This document shows, piece by piece, positions 18,634-24,834 of a DNA stretch of 26,961 nucleotides (positions are counted from its first letter, which is position 1; every line of letters starts with the position of its first letter). The position numbers were made by a program, and so were the translations under genes. Origin of the DNA: a bacterium (GTDB lineage: Bacteria; UBP15; UBA6099). The stretch spans positions 1-26,961 of the forward strand of contig JAKLIR010000003.1 in the NCBI GenBank assembly GCA_022709505.1, given 5' to 3'. The notes under the pieces were generated by a model, which ran no database searches, had not been told where the DNA came from, and was given only the letters and a program-made list of their open reading frames with translations.

Positions 18634-19693
18634 TTGCTCTTGCTTTCGGCCTCATGCCGAAAAGAAATCTCAAAATAGAAATGCGTTTCACGAGTGTGTC
18701 GTAAATCGCGATAGTCCCTATGAACGCCGAGACTACGATCAGCAAGAACTTGGCGGGGACCCCCCAACCGAACTTCACAACGTTATATCCGATCAAGAGT
18801 ATGACGGTCTGATGAAGTATGTAGAACGGTAGGGCGGCTTCGGCCGCGTAAACGAGGAACCTGTTTTTTATGTTCAAGTACTCCCGGGCGTATCCTAAGA
18901 ACACGATGAGCCAGCACCAAGTACAAAGTCCTCTCAGACCGAGGTAGGTCAATCCCACGATCAACCCAAGAGTGTTTCTCTTTATCTCAATGAACTCGCC
19001 CGATATTAAAACCGCGGAGCACGGAACGGCGATGATAAGCGCGATCAGCTTATTTTTCGAGAACGCGTTGAAATACCCTTCACCCGTACATGCCATGAAG
19101 CCGAAAACGAAGATCAAAAAGTGAAGTGAGAAATTATCGAGATCGCCTATGAGATTCTGGTCGCCGTTGGGCCATCCGGTGATCAGAGCAATTTGCGCTA
19201 TGGAAAATGGCAGGCATCCGAGAAATATTCTCGGTCCCTTCCCAAACCAGTTGCTCAGACGCTCGAGGCCGGGAACAGATTTATCCAATTTCATTATTCT
19301 AAAAAAAGATATTCCAATGACCGAGAAAAGAAAAAGGTACACCATGAACCATAGGTGGTTCCACGTGATATTGCCGTCCGGATAAAAACCATTAAAAAGA
19401 TGACTTAGAAAATCCAAGTACGAACCTTTGAAATGATTTTTCTGAAGTCTCTCGACATAAGTCTGAGGGGGTACGATCACGAACATACCGAAAATCAAAG
19501 GAACGAACAGTCTCAGAACTCTTTCCTTGACATACTCGCCGGGTTTCCTGAAATTAAGCGCGTACCATGTTCCTATGCCAGAGAGCATGAACAGCAACGG
19601 CATGTGCCATAGGTTCAGGAATGAATTGAAACACAGCAGCACGTCGCTTTTCTGAACGTTTTTAATATGGAAGCCCCATGGCACGAATATCAT
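18617..19693 (-). CDS. Acyltransferase family 3 (OafA/OpgC-like) integral membrane protein; the annotated ATG start is internal to a conserved N-terminus
   Basis: 358 aa, multi-TM. In-frame upstream codons read MV-TGA-TIRVRRYDIDWLRIIAVLLLLPFHTAM-IFVPW. This contains the family's N-terminal R..D.LRg.A.llVv..H motif. The 3' end overlaps the addA stop by 17 bp (convergent). Confidence 0.7.
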   Translation of the reverse strand: MIFVPWGFHIKNVQKSDVLLCFNSFLNLWHMPLLFMLSGIGTWYALNFRKPGEYVKERVLRLFVPLIFGMFVIVPPQTYVERLQKNHFKGSYLDFLSHLFNGFYPDGNITWNHLWFMVYLFLFSVIGISFFRIMKLDKSVPGLERLSNWFGKGPRIFLGCLPFSIAQIALITGWPNGDQNLIGDLDNFSLHFLIFVFGFMACTGEGYFNAFSKNKLIALIIAVPCSAVLISGEFIEIKRNTLGLIVGLTYLGLRGLCTWCWLIVFLGYAREYLNIKNRFLVYAAEAALPFYILHQTVILLIGYNVVKFGWGVPAKFLLIVVSAFIGTIAIYDTLVKRISILRFLFGMRPKARATKLRS

Positions 19694-19791
19694 CGCCGTA
19701 TGAAATGGCAGCAGAAGCAGGACGGCGATGATCCGCAGCCAGTCTATGTCGTATCTGCGAACTCTTATAGTTCACACCATCTTGGGATTAA

Positions 19792-20979
19792 TTACATCTC
19801 CAGCGCGAGAGCGATACCTTGTCCGCCGCCGATGCAAAGAGCCGCGATCCCTTTTTTGGCTTCCTTGTTCATCATGGCGTATATCAGAGTGACGAGTATC
19901 CGGGCGCCCGATGCTCCGATCGGATGCCCTATCGCTATAGCTCCGCCGTTGATGTTTATGTCGTTCATCCGATCCTGAATCCCGAGATCGCGGATCACTC
20001 CGAGTGACTGCGCCGCGAAGGCTTCGTTCAGCTCCATGAGTTGAACATCGTCCAGCGACCATCCGGTCTTCGAGAGTAATTTTCGTATAGCGGGCGCCGG
20101 GCCCATTCCCATGATCGAAGGATCGACTCCGGCGGATGCGTATCCGGCGATCCTCGCCATCGGTTTCAGTCCGAGAGCCTTCACTTTTTCGCCGGAGGCG
20201 ACGACGAAGGACGCCGAACAGTCGTTGATTCCCGAAGCGTTCCCGGCGGTGACGGTCCCGTCTTTCTTGAAGGCGGGCTTCAATTTCGCGAGCGATTCGA
20301 GAGTAGTATCAGCGCGTGCGTGCTCGTCCGTCTTGAACACTTTCGGTTCGCCTTTTCTCTGCGGTATCAGCACGGGAGTGATTTCATCGTCGAACGCGCC
20401 GCTTGAGATCGCGGCGGCCGCACGCATTTGGCTTGTATATGCAAAATTGTCTTGATCCTCACGAGTGATGCCGTATTTCTCGGCGACGTTCTCAGCGGTT
20501 ATGCCCATGTGGTAGTTGTTGAATTTGTCCCATAGCCCGTCAACGATCATCGAGTCGATTATCTCCGAATTCCCCATCCGGTATCCCCAGCGGGCTTTAG
20601 TGAGAAGATAAGGCGCGGCGCTCATGTTCTCGGTCCCGCCGGCTATGACGAGGTTGTTGTCTCCCGAAAGGATCGATTGAGCCGCGAGTGCGACCGACTT
20701 TAGTCCCGATCCGCAAACCTTGTTGATGGTAAACGCGGGGGTTTCTTTCGGAAGCCCGGAATAGATCGCCACCTGCCGGGCCACATTTTGCCCGAGCCCT
20801 GCCTGTAGAACGTTTCCGTATATCAATTCGTCGATACCGGAATCCGGAGAAAGTCCGGCTCTTGTTATAGCTTCGGCGACCGAAATCTTTCCGATCTCGG
20901 CGGCCGGCAATTCCATTAGTGAACCGCCGAACTTTCCCACGGCGGTGCGTGTGGCGCTGACAATGTAAGCTTCTTTCAT
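19792..20979 (-). CDS. Acetyl-CoA C-acetyltransferase (thiolase)
   Basis: 395 aa. [19 protein letters not shown], active-site [12 protein letters not shown]-terminal [22 protein letters not shown]. Confidence 0.9.
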   Translation of the reverse strand: MKEAYIVSATRTAVGKFGGSLMELPAAEIGKISVAEAITRAGLSPDSGIDELIYGNVLQAGLGQNVARQVAIYSGLPKETPAFTINKVCGSGLKSVALAAQSILSGDNNLVIAGGTENMSAAPYLLTKARWGYRMGNSEIIDSMIVDGLWDKFNNYHMGITAENVAEKYGITREDQDNFAYTSQMRAAAAISSGAFDDEITPVLIPQRKGEPKVFKTDEHARADTTLESLAKLKPAFKKDGTVTAGNASGINDCSASFVVASGEKVKALGLKPMARIAGYASAGVDPSIMGMGPAPAIRKLLSKTGWSLDDVQLMELNEAFAAQSLGVIRDLGIQDRMNDININGGAIAIGHPIGASGARILVTLIYAMMNKEAKKGIAALCIGGGQGIALALEM

Positions 20980-21132
20980 GGTGTTCCCCCTTTAATATGC
21001 TCGTCGTTGCAATGTTCCGCGAGTCAGAGATGTCGTATATGTAAGTGATTTCGGAGAGATTCTACCTGAATTGAGCCCGCAAGGCAACAACTATTTGCTT
21101 TCGACCGGCTGTATATTCGGGACGGAAATAAT

Positions 21133-22206
21133 CTATTTAACAGGCGGCGGGGATAGGATTTCCGAACAGCACCTGTAAACTTTTTTCGCACCCCGGCAAC
21201 CTTGATAATAGCAATGAGTGCACACAGGGCTGGAAGTGGGGCAGGAACAGGAATTCGCCTCGAAACCGGGAGGCCCGCTTTCTCTCGACACGGGATCGGA
21301 AGTCCATTCCTGATCGTTCCTAAAACCCATCACGGTATTTTGAACGGGGCAGAGGCCCTTCTTCTTCATATCATCCGGACATGGCTTCGGCTTTTCCCAT
21401 AATGCGCATATTTTTTGGAGTTCGGTTTTCGTGCAAAGGCGCTTCCCAATCTTTGCGCACGCCATCCGTGCGTCATCGTATGTTGAAGCCGTCGTTTTTT
21501 TGTCCACGTCGATGCAGAACGGGCCGGATTGCGCCGTCTGCTGCCTCAAAATGCGGTTATCGGTGTAGAGCGAACCCGGTTTGAAAGAGAAAGCGCCGCC
21601 CGGGTCATACAACATGCTCCTCGGACACACTCCTTCGGGAGACGGCTGACCTGTTCCGGGTTTGGCGGGCGTTTGATATCGAACGAAATACCCTCTCTCA
21701 ATCGTCGGTTCCGTCGCGGCGATAATTTTTCCGATGGATAGAAGCGGCTTAACCTCTTCGAGCCTTATCCTTGCAACTTTTTTCTCTTCCTCGTCAAGCA
21801 CGTTGCCCGCCATGTCTCGGATAGGGTCTATTCTAAAGACGTCCATTTCCATGCCGACTGCCATGCCCTCGGTCTCGCCTCTGTCTATATAAACCTTGAG
21901 TCCGTCGGTCTTGATCACTGTCGCCGAACCCTGCGGTGGTTCCGGGAGGTATGAGTCTGATTCGGTCATGCCGGCTGTCGGCGAATCATCCCCCACATGA
22001 ATTGTGTCGGATGCGGATGTTGTTCCGGTCCTTAACAATTCCGGTACGGCGGTTGGAGTTTGAGTTGTTATGGGTTCTTCGAGTCGAGTCTCGACCGGAT
22101 CGGGTGTTGCATCGGCTGAAAAATTTATAATTTCGAACAGGCATGTAATTAATAGCACTAAAAGAAGCAAAAAAGATATTTTGAATGCTTTTTCGAAATT
22201 CGCCAT
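21133..22206 (-). CDS. Membrane-anchored protein with a Pro/Thr-rich linker and a C-terminal FGE/SUMF1-like (C-type-lectin fold) Cys-rich domain
   Basis: The track start is GTG 22233, but promoter geometry favours ATG 22206 (MANFEKAFKISFLLLLVLLITCLF, a TM or signal anchor). C-terminal GKRLCTKTELQKIC and FRNDQEWTSD match the FGE-sulfatase domain pattern (G.RLPTEaEWE ... GNVWEWt.D). The C-terminal 40 residues contain 9 Cys. Confidence 0.55.
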   Translation of the reverse strand: MANFEKAFKISFLLLLVLLITCLFEIINFSADATPDPVETRLEEPITTQTPTAVPELLRTGTTSASDTIHVGDDSPTAGMTESDSYLPEPPQGSATVIKTDGLKVYIDRGETEGMAVGMEMDVFRIDPIRDMAGNVLDEEEKKVARIRLEEVKPLLSIGKIIAATEPTIERGYFVRYQTPAKPGTGQPSPEGVCPRSMLYDPGGAFSFKPGSLYTDNRILRQQTAQSGPFCIDVDKKTTASTYDDARMACAKIGKRLCTKTELQKICALWEKPKPCPDDMKKKGLCPVQNTVMGFRNDQEWTSDPVSRESGPPGFEANSCSCPTSSPVCTHCYYQGCRGAKKVYRCCSEILSPPPVK

Positions 22207-22212
22207 AAGGAA

Positions 22213-22241
22213 ATGATAGAACCGTGCAAACACGTTGTCAA
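22213..22241 (-). promoter_or_regulatory. Sigma70-type promoter TTGACA-17-TATCAT whose predicted +1 is the A of ATG 22206 (leaderless)
   Basis: Reverse strand reads TTGACA acgtgtttgcacggttc TATCAT ttcctt ATG. Spacer is exactly 17 nt and the ATG begins 7 nt after the -10. Confidence 0.5.
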
Positions 22242-22350
22242 AACATCCGGCGCTCGTTTTTCGCGAAATGAGAGAAGAAGCTCCGAAAACACCGTGAAAA
22301 ACGGAGATTCCGATTTAAGCTGAAGGTGATAATAGAGAAAAAGTATAAAT

Positions 22351-22387
22351 AGAGCAGGCGCAATAGAACCCGCAACGCCTGCTCTAT
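22351..22387 (-). terminator. Rho-independent terminator: 11-bp perfect stem (tagagcaggcg / cgcctgctcta) followed by a U-rich tract on the reverse strand
   Basis: Lies directly downstream of the 22410 gene end. Reverse strand after the hairpin reads TTTATACTTTTTCTC. Confidence 0.7.
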
Positions 22388-22409
22388 AGGTTACTCACCG
22401 GTATGATAG

Positions 22410-23033
22410 TTATTTTGTTTCTGTCTCGGGCGGCGGTTTGATGCCGAGTTTGTCGAATACGGGCGCCAACATATCCGATGCGCAGTCTGAAAGAGCTTTA
22501 TACCGGTTCTGTTTGGATTCACCGCGATAAATGCCGACGACCCATTTTTTTGCTGAATTGATCTTTTTTTCCCGGGCGAGCTTTGCTTTATAAATGAAAG
22601 TTTCTTTAGGCACGTAAAAAAGATTTCCCGAGATTCCGACTGTGGCAATCCCTTTTTTAGATGTTTGAAATTTATATATCGTTCCTGAAAGAACTGTGTC
22701 AGCGCCCAATGCTTTTCCGATGGCGGTAAGTTTTTCGGGCGAAATGTCGTCGAACACAATATCAACTCTCTGTTTTTGCAATTCTTCCGTTGCATCGATC
22801 ACTTTTATTCCTCTAACTTCGAAAATCTCTTTAAGCACGCTCTGGAGGTCCTGCACTTCTTCTGAAGATTGTTTTCCGACAGTGTTCTTGAAGGGTAACA
22901 CTGTAACGGTTGATATTTTTATTGAGTTGTAGTCTATGTCATCATATAAACGAAATTCATCTTCGTCTCTTGCTTTGCCGAAACACACAACCGGAATTAG
23001 CAATACTGCCATAATCAGTAAAACCTTTTTCAT
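22410..23033 (-). CDS. Small secreted/periplasmic protein with TolB-N/CsgG/LpoB-like pattern
   Basis: 207 aa. Strong SD AAAGGAGAAAG. Signal peptide MKKVLLIMAVLLIPVVCFG, with no canonical lipobox. STVTVLPFKNTVG ... IGKALGADTVLSGTI resembles the VAVLPFeN...GAD.vl.G motif of CsgG/LpoB-fold proteins. Confidence 0.6.
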   Translation of the reverse strand: MKKVLLIMAVLLIPVVCFGKARDEDEFRLYDDIDYNSIKISTVTVLPFKNTVGKQSSEEVQDLQSVLKEIFEVRGIKVIDATEELQKQRVDIVFDDISPEKLTAIGKALGADTVLSGTIYKFQTSKKGIATVGISGNLFYVPKETFIYKAKLAREKKINSAKKWVVGIYRGESKQNRYKALSDCASDMLAPVFDKLGIKPPPETETK

Positions 23034-23521
23034 CTGACTTTCTCCTTTAAAATTATTTTGTTAGAAATCCTCACCCATCGCGATGTAATAGTTGAAACTG
23101 TCATCATTCATATCAAATTGCCACTTGTTATAAGCAGACCGTAAGCGCCCGATTTTCGAGACCGAATGAGGGCTGAATTGCTTGGGAACCGGTTTTATGC
23201 CTCGGATTTTACCACAATCTTGTTCAACGAACACAAGCTTTCAATAAAAACTTTTGCAAAGCACTTTCATCCACAAGTTATCATATTGTTCATTATTAAC
23301 CTGAATCCGTCATTGGGATTCGGTGGCAATGATTCAGAGCGGATGAAAAGCAAGGCGGAAGGAGTATCTTGCCGGTGAGCGTACCGAGATGTACGTGAAC
23401 AAAAAAATGCGACGACAACGAAGCAGTTCGCCGCTATGAACATTGCACTGGATTCGGCGCGCTATTGACGAATCCGGGTTCAAAAGCGCCCCCTTGAGCG
23501 GCCGGAAGCGAAGGGAAAAAT

Positions 23522-23549
23522 AAAACCGGCGCGTAGTCGCGCCGGTTTT
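23522..23549. terminator. Bidirectional rho-independent terminator (aaaaccggcgcg-tagt-cgcgccggtttt)
   Basis: 12-bp stem, 4-nt loop. Flanked by an A-run on one side and a T-run on the other. It terminates dapA on the reverse strand and could also terminate a plus-strand transcript from the 23034-23520 gap. Confidence 0.7.
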
Positions 23550-23589
23550 ATTTTAAATGTTTCGGTCGGATATTCGCCGTGCTACATGA

Positions 23590-24462
23590 TTACAGCAGGC
23601 CGTAAGCCTTCAGCGCCGAAGTCAGCGCGGCGGTCTTAGGTTTATCGAGCGCGGTGAGCGGCAGGCGCACTTCGGGGTTCGCCTTGCCGAGCAGCCCCAT
23701 GGCGGCCTTCACCGGAATCGGGTTCACATCGAGGTCCATCGCGTTCATCAGCGGCAGAATTTTGTAATAGAGCTTCCTACCTTTGTCGAAATCTCCCTTG
23801 CGGTAGAGTTCGATCATGCGCGCCATTTCGGTGGGAACTATGTTCGCGACGACAGATATGCAGCCGACCGCGCCTATGGCGATCAGAGCGGGCGTCCATG
23901 AATCGTTGCCGGCGAGGATCGCCACTTTTCCGCCCGTGCGCTGCAGGACTTCCGCGCTGTAATTAATGCCGCCGCTGGCGTCCTTCACCGCGACGAAGCG
24001 GCCGACTTTCGAAAGCGCCTCCACCGTCTCCGGCTGGATCGTCACGCCCGAACGCCCTTGATGGTTATAGAGTATGATCGGAATGTCCGCTTTCGACGCG
24101 ACCTTCCGGAAATGTTCGTAAATGCCCTTCTGGTTCGGCTTGTTGTAGTAAGGAGTGATCATCAGAACGCCGTTCGCGCCCGCCGCGGCCGCGTGCCGCG
24201 TGAGTGACACAGCCTCCGTGGTGCAGTTCGAACCGGTCCCCGCTATCACAGGCGCCCTGCCCGCCGCCGCTTCCACAACTATCTCTATCACCCTTCGGTG
24301 CTCCTCGTGCGTGAGCGTGGGCGATTCTCCGGTTGTGCCGACCGGTACGATCGCGTCGCTGCCCTTCTTCACATGCCAGTTCACGAGCTCGCGGAGTTTC
24401 TTTTCATCAATTCCGCCTTTCGTAAACGGTGTGATCAACGCGACGATGCTTCCCTGAAACAT
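23590..24462 (-). CDS. dapA: 4-hydroxy-tetrahydrodipicolinate synthase (DapA / NAL-family aldolase)
   Basis: 290 aa. MFQGSIVALITPF, GTTGESPTLTHEEH, Schiff-base Lys in AVKDASGG. Strong SD GAGGAGGAAG. Confidence 0.8.
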   Translation of the reverse strand: MFQGSIVALITPFTKGGIDEKKLRELVNWHVKKGSDAIVPVGTTGESPTLTHEEHRRVIEIVVEAAAGRAPVIAGTGSNCTTEAVSLTRHAAAAGANGVLMITPYYNKPNQKGIYEHFRKVASKADIPIILYNHQGRSGVTIQPETVEALSKVGRFVAVKDASGGINYSAEVLQRTGGKVAILAGNDSWTPALIAIGAVGCISVVANIVPTEMARMIELYRKGDFDKGRKLYYKILPLMNAMDLDVNPIPVKAAMGLLGKANPEVRLPLTALDKPKTAALTSALKAYGLL

Positions 24463-24489
24463 TTGTCTTCCTCCTCGTATCGTGTCCGG

Positions 24490-24511
24490 TCTTGCGGCCG
24501 CGCCGGCGCGC
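24490..24511. promoter_or_regulatory. 22-bp near-perfect GC palindrome (gcggccgcgccggcgcgcccgc) in the dapA 5' leader
   Basis: It matches its own reverse complement at 20 of 22 positions. Located 15-45 nt upstream of the dapA SD. Confidence 0.25.
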
Positions 24512-24796
24512 CCGCGATTTCACATTATTGTTTCAGATTCCACCGGCTTTTTCAACCCCGCTCGAACGCTCCCGTTTCCATACACAGAAGAAACCGGCCG
24601 TCACGATAACAAAACCCGGAGGAGCAAGGGACAGACCCTGCCAAAAAACGTCAAGGCCGGATTCACTTTTTGATAAAGGTAAGACTGATTTCCCGCCCAT
24701 AAGAGACGGTTTCCACTCAGGTTGCGGAAAATATTCCCGTCGCCGGTTGTCAATTCCCAGCCGGAAGGCCTAAAATACAAGGAATCATTGCAGAAA

Positions 24797-24812
24797 TTGA
24801 CCAAAATATAAT
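24797..24812 (+). promoter_or_regulatory. Candidate promoter for the flotillin gene: perfect TATAAT (24807-24812), with TTGACC too close to serve as -35
   Basis: TATAAT sits 22 nt upstream of ATG. The SD AAGGAGGAG would begin right after the predicted TSS, giving a leader of about 15 nt. Confidence 0.3.
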
Positions 24813-24834
24813 TTCATAAGGAGGAGCCGAACTT

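Noticed and set aside
19772-19774. Possible UGA recoding (genetic code 4 or 25) suggested by the in-frame TGA in the acyltransferase N-terminus
   Set aside because: TGA functions as a genuine stop for at least two well-defined genes here: the FAD oxidoreductase at 4739 and the kinase at 8859. Their C-termini end at plausible positions immediately before downstream SDs. The standard code therefore applies. A point nonsense mutation or sequencing error is more likely.
24463-24700. Lysine riboswitch (L-box) upstream of dapA
   Set aside because: I read the leader on the reverse strand for the conserved L-box helices and motifs and could not assemble them. Only a GC palindrome stands out. Left as 'not found', pending an Infernal scan.
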